Under the pieces are notes generated by a model. That model was not told where the DNA came from, ran no database searches, and was given only the letters and a program-made list of their open reading frames with translations. The position numbers and the translations under genes were made by a program. DNA of 64,000 nucleotides from a bacterium (GTDB lineage Bacteria; Patescibacteriota; Minisyncoccia; Moranbacterales; GWC2-37-73): NCBI GenBank assembly GCA_037140955.1, contig JBAXDL010000002.1:105846-169845 (forward strand), in the 5' to 3' direction. Within the stretch, counting starts at the first letter, position 1, and every line of letters begins with the position of its first letter. Shown here piece by piece: positions 37,031 to 50,623 of this stretch.

Positions 37031-37687
37031 TTATTTTTTTGCATCAGCAGCAGGAGCTTCTTTCACCACTCCAGCAACTTTGGAAACATCTTCTTCAACC
37101 TTACTATTAAGATCAGCCAATGATTCCTCTGAGCGTGGTGCGCTTACCAAAGCAATAACAGTTTCTCCGTCTAGCAAAATTTCAATCTTGTCAGAAATTT
37201 TCAAATCTTTCACAGCAATAACATCATCAAAGGTTGCAAGAGTTGAAATGTCAATCACATATTTTTCTGGGAGATCAGCAGGCAAACACTTCACAGAGAT
37301 TTCATCAATGCTTTTGATCAAAACACCACCAAGAGCTTTCACAGCAGGAGCTTCACCAACAAATTCCAATGGAATTTCAGTTTCAACTTCTTCTTTCATG
37401 TTTACTTGGAAAAAATCAATATGCGTCACCTTTCCACTCATTGGAGCCAATTGAATGTCGTGGATCAAAACATTAAGCTTCTTTCCTTCCACTTCAAGAA
37501 CAACCAAAGCGCTTTCACCAGCCTTAGAGTATACCTTTTTGAATTCATTATAAGCAACAGCAATGTTTTGCGCTGCAATTTTGTTTCCATACATTACTGC
37601 AGGAATCAAATCTTGTTTGCGAAGATTTTTAGCTTTTTTTCCAATTTCTGTTCTTATTGTTGCTTTAAGTGCGATAACATTACTCAT
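37031..37687 (-). CDS. rplY: 50S ribosomal protein L25 / general stress protein Ctc
   Basis: MSNVIALKATIRTEIGKKAKNLRKQDLIPAVMYG is the L25 N-terminal beta-barrel. The two-domain Ctc-type length and the acidic C-terminus fit. ATG at 37687. The upstream ORF-track extension is unsupported. Confidence 0.85.
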   Translation of the reverse strand: MSNVIALKATIRTEIGKKAKNLRKQDLIPAVMYGNKIAAQNIAVAYNEFKKVYSKAGESALVVLEVEGKKLNVLIHDIQLAPMSGKVTHIDFFQVNMKEEVETEIPLEFVGEAPAVKALGGVLIKSIDEISVKCLPADLPEKYVIDISTLATFDDVIAVKDLKISDKIEILLDGETVIALVSAPRSEESLADLNSKVEEDVSKVAGVVKEAPAADAKK

Positions 37688-37872
37688 TTGATTGTTGAAC
37701 GATAAGCATGTAACAGGATCATCGGGGCAGCCAGCAGTAAATGGCGCTGCTAAGCTTCCTACTCTCTCCATTTCACATTATCCGTCCTTTATTTAGGCCC
37801 TTATTAACTCCAAATAGAATAGCAAGAATAAGGGTTTTTGTCAATAATTTAACCTTTTTAATGATTCCTCGA

Positions 37873-38988
37873 TCAATACCCATAATCATGCGAAAGGGTG
37901 GTTTCTCTTCTGGAATTAATGCTGCTCAAAATTCCAATACTGGCCATCACTACAATCAAAGAACTTCCGCCATATGAAAGAAGTGGGAGTGGAATTCCAG
38001 TGACCGGCATGATGCCAATGTTCATGCCGATGTTTTCCCAAACTTGCACAAAAAACATCAAAGCAATTCCAACCGCCACCAAAAAACCAAAGTTGTCAGG
38101 CGCGCTCAAAGCAATGATCCGAATTCGATAAAAAATAATCCCATAAAGAGTAATAACAAACAGCGAACCAATCAAGCCAAGTTCTTCTGCAATGGAGGCA
38201 AAAATAAAATCAGTGTGTTTTTCGGGCAAAAAATTGAGCTGCGATTGTGAACCATGCCCAATTCCCTTGCCCATGATTCCACCAGAACCAACCGCAATCA
38301 TAGACTGAATAACATTATATCCACTTCCGCGAGGATCAATCACACCAGGTTTTACCAAACTCAAAACTCTGTCTTTTTGATATGGCTGCAAGCGAAACCA
38401 ACCAGCAAAAGAAATCACAAGACCAGCCACCACAATCAAGATTATTTTCTTGGCACTGATGCCAGAAACCAATGTCATGCCAATCCATATTCCAACCAAG
38501 ACCATGGCACTTCCAAAATCAGGCTGCTTTATGACCAACAAAATCATGATGCCACAAAGAATCAACGAGGCAATCAAGCGCCCTGTTTCACCCAATTCCA
38601 TTTTTTTTTGAGAAATAAAACTGGCCAAAAAAATAATCAAAGAAAGTTTTGCTATTTCCACTGGTTGAATATGAAAAGAACCAATGCCAATCCAACCAGC
38701 TGTTCCACGAATATTTTTGCCAAAAATCAAAACCAAAAACAAAATAAGCAGCGTCAAAAAATATATTGGTGTGCTTTGTGATTTGAAATTTTGATAGTTG
38801 TTGGTGGCAAAAAAAATCATCGCAACAAACCCGATGCCAGCAAAAATCATTTGTCGCCAAAAAATAGACAAACTGTTTCCACCAGCAGATGCCATTGAAA
38901 TGCTATATAAAACTGCCAAACCAACTCCGAGCAGCAGCATTGCACAAAGCAGCAAAATCCAGTCTATTTTGAAAATCTTACGAATCAT
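37873..38988 (-). CDS. SEDS-family peptidoglycan glycosyltransferase (FtsW/RodA)
   Basis: Ten-TM protein with PDFGSAMV, GSGYNVIQSMIAVGSGG and the GIPLPLLSYGGSS motif. Confidence 0.9.
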   Translation of the reverse strand: MIRKIFKIDWILLLCAMLLLGVGLAVLYSISMASAGGNSLSIFWRQMIFAGIGFVAMIFFATNNYQNFKSQSTPIYFLTLLILFLVLIFGKNIRGTAGWIGIGSFHIQPVEIAKLSLIIFLASFISQKKMELGETGRLIASLILCGIMILLVIKQPDFGSAMVLVGIWIGMTLVSGISAKKIILIVVAGLVISFAGWFRLQPYQKDRVLSLVKPGVIDPRGSGYNVIQSMIAVGSGGIMGKGIGHGSQSQLNFLPEKHTDFIFASIAEELGLIGSLFVITLYGIIFYRIRIIALSAPDNFGFLVAVGIALMFFVQVWENIGMNIGIMPVTGIPLPLLSYGGSSLIVVMASIGILSSINSRRETTLSHDYGY

Positions 38989-39060
38989 TTTTTGTTTATT
39001 TAGAACCTATACGATTAACACAATATCTGCATGAAATTTAGCAAGCAAAATACCAGTTTT

Positions 39061-39858
39061 TTACATAGAAGAAAGATTTTCAACATCAAACACATTTGAT
39101 TGTGGATCTATTTCAATGTTTGCAACTGGCGCTGACAAGGCATAGGGCCAAACAAGATTAAAATCGCGTTGCTCCTTTTGACGAACTGAATTTATTTCTG
39201 TCTTATTTATTCCAATAATTGCGTTTTCCTTGCTGCGCAAAACAACAGTCACATATATTTTTTTCAAATACAGTCCACTTTCATTGCGAATCACCGCATC
39301 AGCTTGAGTTGAAGCAACATTAACCTCTTTCACGTTTTTGTTATATACTCCCAATTGAGGCTTCCCCATTTCGGTTAATTTTTCCCAAGAAATATCATCC
39401 AAAACAAAATCAACACTAGAGGGCACAACGTCATTTTCTGTTTTGAGTCCAAGCTCTGGGATATAGCGTGTGTCCGAAGGAAGAATAAAGGTTTTTCCCT
39501 GCTTGGTTGCTAGCACTTTTCCTTCAGCATCTTTCAACGTGAAAGTATATCCGAATTCTTTGCTACCCATGACTTCATTTGGATTTGATATTTTGGCGAT
39601 AACGTCATATGTTTGATTGCCGCCAATTGCAACTGCAACCTCTTTTATTTCAAGGTCCTTTGTTTGCACAATTTCTTTGCAAGGAGCGCAAACACCACCA
39701 CAATCAACACCCTTTTCTGATTGATTTTGCTTTCCATCGCTGCAAGTTGCAGATGGGGCTATCAAATAATTCAAAAAATATCCCGTAGCTGCAAAAATAA
39801 GTAAAAATATTATAAGGATTATGATTCTTTTTCTGGTTCTTAATTTTGGATCTTCCAT
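39061..39858 (-). CDS. hypothetical membrane-anchored protein with an extracytoplasmic Cys-rich knot (CSDGKQNQSEKGVDCGGVCAPC)
   Basis: N-terminal TM helix. No recognisable family. Immediately upstream of the SEDS gene on the same strand. Confidence 0.55.
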   Translation of the reverse strand: MEDPKLRTRKRIIILIIFLLIFAATGYFLNYLIAPSATCSDGKQNQSEKGVDCGGVCAPCKEIVQTKDLEIKEVAVAIGGNQTYDVIAKISNPNEVMGSKEFGYTFTLKDAEGKVLATKQGKTFILPSDTRYIPELGLKTENDVVPSSVDFVLDDISWEKLTEMGKPQLGVYNKNVKEVNVASTQADAVIRNESGLYLKKIYVTVVLRSKENAIIGINKTEINSVRQKEQRDFNLVWPYALSAPVANIEIDPQSNVFDVENLSSM

Positions 39859-40159
39859 TTTTATTTATTGTCACACAAAGAGCGCTGGCAATTGCTCACC
39901 TGGCTCAAAATGACATTTAAGTTATATTTTCCTTGCTTAATAATACATTTTTTCCAACAAAAAAACAAGTCCAGCACTGAACTTTTTATCATTTTCTCAT
40001 TAAAAAATTCTTCCCATGAAGCAGCAATAATCGAATCAAAAAATAATGTCAGTTTGATAATATAAAAAGTTAGTGCAAGGATAAACTTATTAAATTTCCA
40101 TTTCTGCAAAACAAAAAACAAGCCTTTTTCAGGTTTGTATTGTTAAAGTTTTTTGAGAA

Positions 40160-40280
40160 CAGGATTCTGGCGACGACCTACTCTCCCTCATGGAGGTACC
40201 ATCGGCGCTGACTGTCTTAACGGCTCTGTTCGGGATGGGAAGAGGTGTAACCCAGTCGCACGAGTCACCAGAATTCTGGT
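40160..40280 (-). rRNA. rrf: 5S ribosomal RNA
   Basis: The reverse complement has helix I CCAGAATTCTGGTGAC/GTCGCCAGAATCCTG and the conserved CCGAAC and GATGGTA...GAGAGTAGG loops. Confidence 0.85.
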
Positions 40281-40379
40281 CTCAAAAAATTGCCATTGGT
40301 CTTTTCGTCTAATTTTGTAGAGTTGTTCAAATTTGCTATGTGGCAATTAAGTAACTCTTAACTGCTAACCATAAAAATT

Positions 40380-43440
<3,061 letters not shown>

Positions 43441-44079
43441 TTTCTTTATTTAACGGTTAGCAGTTAACAATCACTTATATAGGACCACTCCTATAATATT
43501 TAATCTTGCGATTAAAAAATTATTAACGCTTATTGAACAAACATTTCAAACTCTATGAAATCGTTTTTGATGTGATATGGCACAGCATGCACCATATGCA
43601 CGACCTACTTATTTTTGACTAATTGTGATGGCTGCGCCCAACATGTCTTTCCGCTAAATCAAAACATGTTACACGTATTCACAATAGACCATAATTGTTA
43701 AGCTACTAATAATGCGGAAAATTCTCACTAGGTTTTAACTATTAGCTTCTAGCTTTTAGCAAAATCCAATATTTGTTTTCAGCACTAATTTTTAAACAAA
43801 ATAAAATTCACTTGGTAGTGAATTTTCGAGGCATCGCAAAAGAGGTCCCGAACTCACCCATTAAATTTTTGTCTGACATTTCTCAAATGTTTGTGAAATA
43901 TTTTTTAGACGTAAATTCATAATAGCAGAATCAAAAGATGTGTCAAGCTTTTTAGTATGACTTATTTTTTATTTTTTTATTTATCTTGTTTTGTGCCTTA
44001 TTTAAAGCAAAAAAATAATCAATTAATACGAAAAAATACTGAACATTTTTCAGTCTAAATAGCAATTATTTAATGCATA

Positions 44080-44667
44080 TTACAATACGCTCAAATTCAT
44101 TGGAGCAGAAGGCGCAACAGAAATGCAATTAATGTCATTATTCAAATAAATGGTCAGATTTTCTAGTGGTGGAGAAAAAACAATTTTAGAACCAGTGGAT
44201 GTTATCATGTCCACAATATTCACCTGCAAGGCTGTTCTACACTGAATTGCAGCGATTCCAGTAAATTTTATATTTGCCAAAACAAGCGAGCCCATAATAC
44301 CAGTATTTGATGTGACAGCAGCAATGCGTGAAATCTGCCTGCTTTCAATTGGAAAAGGATCTGTATAATTATTATTGGAAGCAAAGAGCGCATTTGGAAA
44401 ATTGCCTGCTGTAATGTCTGATTGATTAACAATGGAAACAAGCAGCGGATTATTTATTATATCAATTGCATATCCAGCTATTTCCGAGCCGCTTATAGTG
44501 AAATTCAATTTCGTGTTTATCTGTTGTCCGGCTGTTATTGAAGCAGGAAGAGGGCTACCATCAGAAAGAGTCATGGAAAAAGAGCCAAGAGCATCAGCCT
44601 GACAAAAATTTCCAAATGAAAATATTCCAAAGATTAGAAGTGCACCTAGCTTCAATTTCATTTTCAA
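44080..44667 (-). CDS. secreted hypothetical protein with a cohesin-like beta-sandwich signature
   Basis: Signal peptide. The YAIDIINNPLLVSIV motif resembles the F-L-YD...L-V-V core of cohesin domains. Confidence 0.5.
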   Translation of the reverse strand: MKMKLKLGALLIFGIFSFGNFCQADALGSFSMTLSDGSPLPASITAGQQINTKLNFTISGSEIAGYAIDIINNPLLVSIVNQSDITAGNFPNALFASNNNYTDPFPIESRQISRIAAVTSNTGIMGSLVLANIKFTGIAAIQCRTALQVNIVDMITSTGSKIVFSPPLENLTIYLNNDINCISVAPSAPMNLSVL

Positions 44668-44689
44668 TAAAATATAGAATTATAATTTC

Positions 44690-45379
44690 TTATTTTTTTT
44701 CAATCATATTTTCTCTAATTTTTTTCAAAATCAAAGCTGCTTCATCGCGCCCACCAAGGCCAAAAGCCAATCCCATCGCCAAAGACAAAGCTGAAATAAG
44801 ACCAATGAAAATAGTGTTGACAAGTGATGTTGCAATTCCAAGTTGAATCAAAGCTGCCAACATTCCAAACACGACAATTGCCCAACGAATGATTGTCGCC
44901 AAAAGACCGGCGCTCATCACTCCCGCCGCTTTGGTGCTGCCACGCACAATGGTATATGCAATTCCAGCCAGCAAAAATGCTATTGTCAGGATTATTGTTG
45001 CCACAACCACGTTTGGCAAATACATCAGAATGCTATTTAAAAAAGTTGTCACTTGTTCCAAACCGAGAATGTCAGTTGCTGCCATCAGAAAAACCAACAC
45101 CAAAAACCATTGCACAAGACCACCCAAAAATTCAGAAAAGGAAACTTCAATGCCGTGCTCTTTCAGTTTTTCCCCAATACTAATTCTTTCAATAGCCTGA
45201 TCAATTCTTATAGCACGAACGATTCTTTCCACCACTTTTCCCAAAACTGAAGCCAAAATAAGACCAAGCAAAAAAACCAACAACGAACCAATCAAAGTTG
45301 GAACAAAACCAATAAATCTTACCCACAACTCAAGCAAAGAACTTGTGATTGCTTGTCCCCAGGTTTGCACTGAATTCAT
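44690..45379 (-). CDS. membrane protein with repeated conserved-TM-helix units (MscS-associated TM_helix family)
   Basis: Four repeats of about 25-aa hydrophobic units, each followed by a charged linker (LIGSLLVFLLGLILASVLGKVVERIVRAIRID...). Confidence 0.5.
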   Translation of the reverse strand: MNSVQTWGQAITSSLLELWVRFIGFVPTLIGSLLVFLLGLILASVLGKVVERIVRAIRIDQAIERISIGEKLKEHGIEVSFSEFLGGLVQWFLVLVFLMAATDILGLEQVTTFLNSILMYLPNVVVATIILTIAFLLAGIAYTIVRGSTKAAGVMSAGLLATIIRWAIVVFGMLAALIQLGIATSLVNTIFIGLISALSLAMGLAFGLGGRDEAALILKKIRENMIEKK

Positions 45380-45506
45380 AAGTTTGTAGAAAATATCCTA
45401 TCTTTCTTTCGAAATATTAAAATATTTTCTGCTAAAAATTAAATAAAAAAAATAATTATTCATACTATCGATTCAAAAAGTGCAAGATGTTTTGTTTGTT
45501 TGCAAA

Positions 45507-46721
45507 CTATTTTATTATCAAATCACTTCCACGCAAAAGCTCTGAGATTTTGTTTCCATCACTAAGGTCTATTTTTTTCAAAATATTTGTAACATCCACA
45601 TTTTGATTTTCCTCATCTGCTGGATTTTCAGTCACGGTCTCCTGCGAATCAGTAAAGACAATGAATTTTTGATCGCCAGAAAGAAGCATGCCACTGCCAT
45701 CAAAGGAATATTCACCATCAGCATCTATTGGAGCAGAATATATCAAATTCAATTTTCCAGTTGCAAAATCAAGCATAAAAATTTGACTGTCAGTGGCAAT
45801 AGCTATTTTTTTCTCGTCTTTACTCCATGAAACACTCTGCACGCTGTCATATTCAACCTTTTCATTCCTATTAATTGCAAGAGAAATATCATATTTCAAG
45901 GCTGGCTTACTCAAATCTGAAACGTTGTAGAGCAACAACTCCCAGCTTTTTCCTGTTTTTTCATTCATTGCATCATTTTGATTGACTAGTACAAATTTTT
46001 CGCCAGACGTTGCAAGCAAGCCTTCTGGAGCATTGGCCTTGATGTCACCCTTTTTCAAAGCGTCATAGCCTTCTGTTTTGTTGCAAAATTTGCTTTGTAT
46101 GTTGCAAACATATACCGGAGAAGAATTTCCCGTACCTTCTCCTGCCAAATGACCAATCAAAACATTTTTTTGAGAGTCCCAAGAAATCCACCAAATTGGA
46201 CCATATTGTGTTTGGATTTTTGGATCCAAGCCTTCATATTTTCCAAAAAGCAAATTCGAAGGGTCACATTTTTTTTCCGCAATGTCACAAACAAATTCAC
46301 TCGTTTGCACAAGTGGTTGCGAGCCATCAAAGGCGCTTTGCGCTCCAGCAAGATCATACTTAGCCACACTCAAAATAGCTTTAGTCTTGTCCTGCGAAAC
46401 AATTGAAAATGATTGCTCAGTGTCAATTTGACTATCAACTCCAAATTTTGGAAGTCCAGCAAAACCAGTGAAATCATCTTTTTCAATAGCACTTGCTGGG
46501 CTTGTTTTTCCAGTTTCAATTTCTAATCTGGAAATTTCTCCCTCTTCAGATTGAACAAGAATTTTGTTGCCAAGTGGTTCAAATACAACAACATCATCTT
46601 TTTTGGTTTTGATTTCTGACTTGGTTTGAATATTTTTGTCTTTTTTGCTTGCAACAAAATATCCAACCACAACAATCAGCAACACAACAAAAACTATAAT
46701 GATTTTTTTACTATTTTTCAT
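45507..46721 (-). CDS. hypothetical membrane-anchored extracytoplasmic protein
   Basis: N-terminal TM anchor. About 380-aa beta-rich domain. No recognisable motif. Confidence 0.55.
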   Translation of the reverse strand: MKNSKKIIIVFVVLLIVVVGYFVASKKDKNIQTKSEIKTKKDDVVVFEPLGNKILVQSEEGEISRLEIETGKTSPASAIEKDDFTGFAGLPKFGVDSQIDTEQSFSIVSQDKTKAILSVAKYDLAGAQSAFDGSQPLVQTSEFVCDIAEKKCDPSNLLFGKYEGLDPKIQTQYGPIWWISWDSQKNVLIGHLAGEGTGNSSPVYVCNIQSKFCNKTEGYDALKKGDIKANAPEGLLATSGEKFVLVNQNDAMNEKTGKSWELLLYNVSDLSKPALKYDISLAINRNEKVEYDSVQSVSWSKDEKKIAIATDSQIFMLDFATGKLNLIYSAPIDADGEYSFDGSGMLLSGDQKFIVFTDSQETVTENPADEENQNVDVTNILKKIDLSDGNKISELLRGSDLIIK

Positions 46722-46730
46722 TTCAGAAAT

Positions 46731-48761
46731 CTACTTTACGGTATAATATATTGTTTTACTTTTTTTGTTCTTTGCAGTGTCAAAAACATACCAGCCATAT
46801 TTTCCTTTTGGCTTATTAACTTTATAAGTTACAGTGAATCCTCCAGAGGCAGATGTTTTTACTTTCTGTGGAGCATAAAAACCTCCACCTGGTTTTCCAA
46901 AATATAACATCACGAAAGAATTTTTGGAAAATTTCTTTCCTCTTTGGGTCAAGATTTGACCATTAGTAACAGTCTTTTTTGAGTTTGTGATGCTTCTGGC
47001 CGGAGTTTCCTTTTTCTTGTCTGAATGACCTGAATCATCACTAACAACAACAGGAACGGGATTTGCCACCGAAAAGGAAATCAATTGATCTGCTGAATTT
47101 TTCATGCCAGCATCATCTTGGCAGCGCACAAAATATGAATAATTCGTATTATTAGTAAGTCCAGTGACAACAAAAGAATGTGAAGTTGAACTCACAGTGT
47201 CAATCACATTTGTCATAGAATCAAAAGCTGTTGCAAGTACTGAAGCTGATGTTGAATATTTGCAAATTGCACTTTCATTGGTGTTGAAAGTAACCATTGT
47301 CTGCGTTGTACCAGCAGCCAATGATCCAGTTGGTGAAACGGCTAAAATAACAGGCGCTGGATTAACATTTAATTGCCCAACAAGTTGATAGGAAATATTA
47401 CCTCCAAGATCAACCGCCTTCAGGCAAAGATAGTCCGTGTGTGCTGTGTTTATCGCAAAATCAACGCCACTAGCAAAGGCAGTTGCAATGGTGTCTGATG
47501 CATTGCAAGTGGCATCAGAACTAAATCCATAAAATTGAGTTGTTGCTCCTGCCAAGTCTGACACAGTGTAATTTATGATGTCACTCTCTACCATTGAAGA
47601 TGATGCACCGTCAACAGCTGTTATAATAGGAAATCCTGCATCAACAGTGAAATTACTAATTGCAACAGTTTTGTTCCCTGCCGCATCAGTGGCCTCAACT
47701 CTAACACCATGCACACCATCCGTCATAACAGGAAGAGTGTCGCCAGAAACCTTGGCTATGATACTTCCTATATTTCCAGTATCCGTGTTGACAATAATGC
47801 CATCAGATTGCCTAACAACAACAGTTCCATCGGAAACGGTATATGTCAAAACTGGATTAGTAATTGTAGTAATCAAGCCATTAACAGGAGCTGTTATTGA
47901 GACAGCTGGAGGCGTCATGTCAATGCTCACTGCAGTGCTTGTGCTAGGGGCGGAAACATTTCCAGCAGCATCTTTGACATAGGCCCAAAAATATCTATTC
48001 CCAGCCGTGGTGGCAACAACATTTCCAACTATAGAGGCTGAGGTTGTTCCTGTTATGCCAGAAACCAGCCAGCCAGCATCTCCAGCAATTGGAGCGGTTG
48101 GCGCAGAATTTGTTGCTGTTTCCTTGATCATCCAAGCGGACACACCAGCAGAATCATCAGTTGCAGTTAATGATGAAACAGGGATTGTCAAAGAATTAAC
48201 AAGCACTGGCAAAGTAAAAGCTGTTACGACTGGATTTGTTGTATCTGGCCCAACCACTGTTATAGTTGCATCATTTCTTGTAGCAAGAACAGATGCGTAG
48301 GTGTTATTTTCAACAACATCACAAGTGTTATCAAAAGCAATTTGAGAATTGGTCCCAGTGCCAATTGAAGAAAAAATCAATGTTGCCAAATCTGAAGTAG
48401 CTGTCACACTCCCACCCGCAATATAAAGTGAAACAGAAATTTTTCCAGTGGAATTTGCAGTTGCAATATTTTGCGGAGTCATAATCGAAAAAGTACCAGC
48501 GGGAGCAACACTAACAAGATTTAGCACTAAGCGATCAAAAGTGATGTCCATTTGCACAGCGTTTACACCATTAACCGTGTTTGTTCCAGGATTAACAGTT
48601 GCAGTGTATGTAATATTTGATCCACCAACTGAAGTTGTAGTAATAGATGGAGACAATGACAATGATGCATCCACAGCTGTTGCTTTTGAATTAGAAACGT
48701 TTAGCAAAAAAAGTATTGCTACCAAAATACCGAACCTAAAAAAATGCAGTGTTTTTTTCAT
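46731..48761 (-). CDS. secreted multi-domain protein with N-terminal cohesin-like domain and tandem Ig-like/cadherin-like repeats
   Basis: Signal peptide. NAVQMDITFDRLVLNLVSV resembles the cohesin core. Repeated T/S-rich beta-sandwich modules. Basic C-terminal tail. Confidence 0.6.
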   Translation of the reverse strand: MKKTLHFFRFGILVAILFLLNVSNSKATAVDASLSLSPSITTTSVGGSNITYTATVNPGTNTVNGVNAVQMDITFDRLVLNLVSVAPAGTFSIMTPQNIATANSTGKISVSLYIAGGSVTATSDLATLIFSSIGTGTNSQIAFDNTCDVVENNTYASVLATRNDATITVVGPDTTNPVVTAFTLPVLVNSLTIPVSSLTATDDSAGVSAWMIKETATNSAPTAPIAGDAGWLVSGITGTTSASIVGNVVATTAGNRYFWAYVKDAAGNVSAPSTSTAVSIDMTPPAVSITAPVNGLITTITNPVLTYTVSDGTVVVRQSDGIIVNTDTGNIGSIIAKVSGDTLPVMTDGVHGVRVEATDAAGNKTVAISNFTVDAGFPIITAVDGASSSMVESDIINYTVSDLAGATTQFYGFSSDATCNASDTIATAFASGVDFAINTAHTDYLCLKAVDLGGNISYQLVGQLNVNPAPVILAVSPTGSLAAGTTQTMVTFNTNESAICKYSTSASVLATAFDSMTNVIDTVSSTSHSFVVTGLTNNTNYSYFVRCQDDAGMKNSADQLISFSVANPVPVVVSDDSGHSDKKKETPARSITNSKKTVTNGQILTQRGKKFSKNSFVMLYFGKPGGGFYAPQKVKTSASGGFTVTYKVNKPKGKYGWYVFDTAKNKKSKTIYYTVK

Positions 48762-48794
48762 ATTTATTTTTGAATTACTTAATGAGATGTTTGA

Positions 48795-49466
48795 TTAATT
48801 AGCAAGGCCAAATTCACTAGCTAAAATACTAAGATCTGAAATATTAACTCTGCAATCACCATTCAAATCTTCAGGATGTCCAGCGATTCTGCACCAAGGA
48901 GTGCCAGCCAATGCACCATAGCCTTTGCCGAAATTATTAGCCAACATACTCAGATCAATAATGTTCACCACGCCACTACCAAGTCCACTATTTTTGATGT
49001 TTCCACTGCGAAAAATTGTTTTGCTCGCAGTCTTGTTTGCGCCAGCGTCATTGATGCATTTGCTATAATTTCCACTAGTGTCATAGGCAACTACTGTGAA
49101 ATTATAAGTAAGCCCTGGAGTCAGAAGTGCACCGGTAGTGAACGAATATCCCCTTTTAGTTGTAGCAGCTGAATCTCGAAGTGTTGCAGCCTCTGTCACA
49201 TCCACATGAGCAACTGATGCCAAAGGTGTGGTCAGTCGAGCAGCTGCATCTGCAGCAGCATCCCATGCTGTACAGTCAAGTGCTGCAGTATCATAAAAAA
49301 TTCGATACCCAGCCAGATCAGTGAGGGTGGTAGTATCCTCATTGGTAGTTGGCGCAGTCCAAGAGATGGTTGCATTTCCATTTGCCAAAGCATTGCTTGC
49401 AAAAAATCCTGCAAAAAGCAATGCTGCTACAGCAGAAAGTATAATTTTTGATTTTTGTTTTTTCAT
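48795..49466 (-). CDS. secreted FN3-domain protein with C-terminal dockerin-like module
   Basis: Signal peptide. FN3 signature (LAGYRIFY...YNFTVVAYDTSGNYS). The C-terminus DLNGDCRVNISDLSILASEFG fits the dockerin Ca-binding repeat D-x-N-x-DG-x-VN-x2-D-x3-L, preceded by a degenerate first repeat. Confidence 0.6.
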   Translation of the reverse strand: MKKQKSKIILSAVAALLFAGFFASNALANGNATISWTAPTTNEDTTTLTDLAGYRIFYDTAALDCTAWDAAADAAARLTTPLASVAHVDVTEAATLRDSAATTKRGYSFTTGALLTPGLTYNFTVVAYDTSGNYSKCINDAGANKTASKTIFRSGNIKNSGLGSGVVNIIDLSMLANNFGKGYGALAGTPWCRIAGHPEDLNGDCRVNISDLSILASEFGLAN

Positions 49467-49499
49467 ATTTTTGTTTTTACTTATGTGAAAAATTTTAAT

Positions 49500-49889
49500 T
49501 TATTTTTTAAAAAATGTCTTTATTTTGTCAAAAATTGAAAGCTTCACTTTTTTACTCATCTCCTGCGAGAAGCAACTTTCCTTGCCACCTGAATTATATG
49601 ATGTCACTGAAAAATAATAAATCGAACTGTCATTGAGATTTTCCAATTGATATGCACTCACATTTCCAACATCAACTTTTTGCTTATATCCGCCATCTTT
49701 TGGACAATCACCTTTTCTTTTTTGTGTTCCATAATAAATCCTATATCCCACCACATCCTCTTCTGCTGCCTTGTTCCAGGAGAGATTTGCCTTTCCAAAA
49801 AGTTCCATGTCACGCAAAAACAGTTGCCAAAAAATTATTGCAATCAAAAATATTATACCAGAAATTAGAAAGATTTTTTTTCTTTTCAT
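49500..49889 (-). CDS. small membrane-anchored FN3-domain protein
   Basis: N-terminal TM. VVGYRIYYGT...YYFSVTSYNSGGKES FN3 signature. Confidence 0.6.
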   Translation of the reverse strand: MKRKKIFLISGIIFLIAIIFWQLFLRDMELFGKANLSWNKAAEEDVVGYRIYYGTQKRKGDCPKDGGYKQKVDVGNVSAYQLENLNDSSIYYFSVTSYNSGGKESCFSQEMSKKVKLSIFDKIKTFFKK

Positions 49890-49957
49890 TAATCAAATTA
49901 TATCACAAAATATCTTTTTTTGCACTAAGTATAACATTATCCACCATCGCCATTTTT

Positions 49958-50518
49958 TCATTTTGAAATTTTCACTGTTGTTTTTCCACGCACACCTAAA
50001 ACCATACTACCGCTTCCATCATTGGCAGCAGCCTGAGCTGTTTGAGAAAAAGCTATTACTGTCTCATCACTTGCTAACTTTGCACGAAAAGACAATTTGG
50101 CAACATCGGAAACATTTTTCAATTGCGACCCACCAATAAAAAATGTCATTGAAACAATGCCTCTTTGATTGTCAACAACTGATGACCCCATCTGTGCAAA
50201 AGGCTCCATTGCAGTGGCCCCAAAAAATTCCAATTTACTACCATCAAAATCAAAATCAAGCTGAACAGCATTAATCCCCTTTTCAACATTAGAACCAGGA
50301 TCAATCTTAGCAACCAAATTAAAATCCTTTCCGACAAAGGTCTCGATGGACTCATTATCAAAAAACAAAGCAGCATCAACCACAAAAGATGGTGGTGCTT
50401 GATAATTATGATCAGTATAAAATTTGTCTATAGGTGGAATTGTTAATTTTTCACCATCATCTTTTCTGCGTTTACTGAAAAAGAAAGTACCAATTAGCAA
50501 AAACAATATCATCACCAA
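49958..50518 (-). CDS. membrane-anchored protein with cohesin-like domain
   Basis: N-terminal TM. GINAVQLDFDFDGSKLEFFGA parallels the cohesin F-L-YD-S-LE core and the paralogous motif in the 46731..48761 gene. Confidence 0.5.
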   Translation of the reverse strand: MVMILFLLIGTFFFSKRRKDDGEKLTIPPIDKFYTDHNYQAPPSFVVDAALFFDNESIETFVGKDFNLVAKIDPGSNVEKGINAVQLDFDFDGSKLEFFGATAMEPFAQMGSSVVDNQRGIVSMTFFIGGSQLKNVSDVAKLSFRAKLASDETVIAFSQTAQAAANDGSGSMVLGVRGKTTVKISK

Positions 50519-50623
50519 AATGATTATTTTTTTCTATTCATATTTTTAAAATTTACCAAAAAAACTCAATATTTATTATCTGTATCACATTTAAGCATAT
50601 TATAGCATGAAAATAATATTAAA

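Noticed and set aside
36942-37454. 170-aa plus-strand ORF antisense to rplY
   Set aside because: Ser/Thr-rich low-complexity translation of the opposite strand of a conserved ribosomal protein gene.
37688-37872. GC-rich hairpin (AGCAG-CGCCATTTA-CTGCT) and CCCTTATT/AATAAGGG stem upstream of rplY as a possible L25 autoregulatory leader
   Set aside because: No known L25 leader motif is recognisable. It could simply be the rodA terminator plus rplY 5' UTR. Insufficient evidence to call a feature.
39861-40121. 86-aa minus-strand ORF between the Cys-rich protein gene and 5S rRNA
   Set aside because: Phe/Lys-rich low-complexity sequence with no SD. It sits in the 5S trailer region. A rejected gene call, but it cannot be fully excluded.
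43790-43870. tRNA-like D-arm (TCAC-TTGGTAG-TGAA) upstream of the 23S
   Set aside because: No matching acceptor stem, anticodon arm or T-arm could be built. It is probably a leader hairpin.
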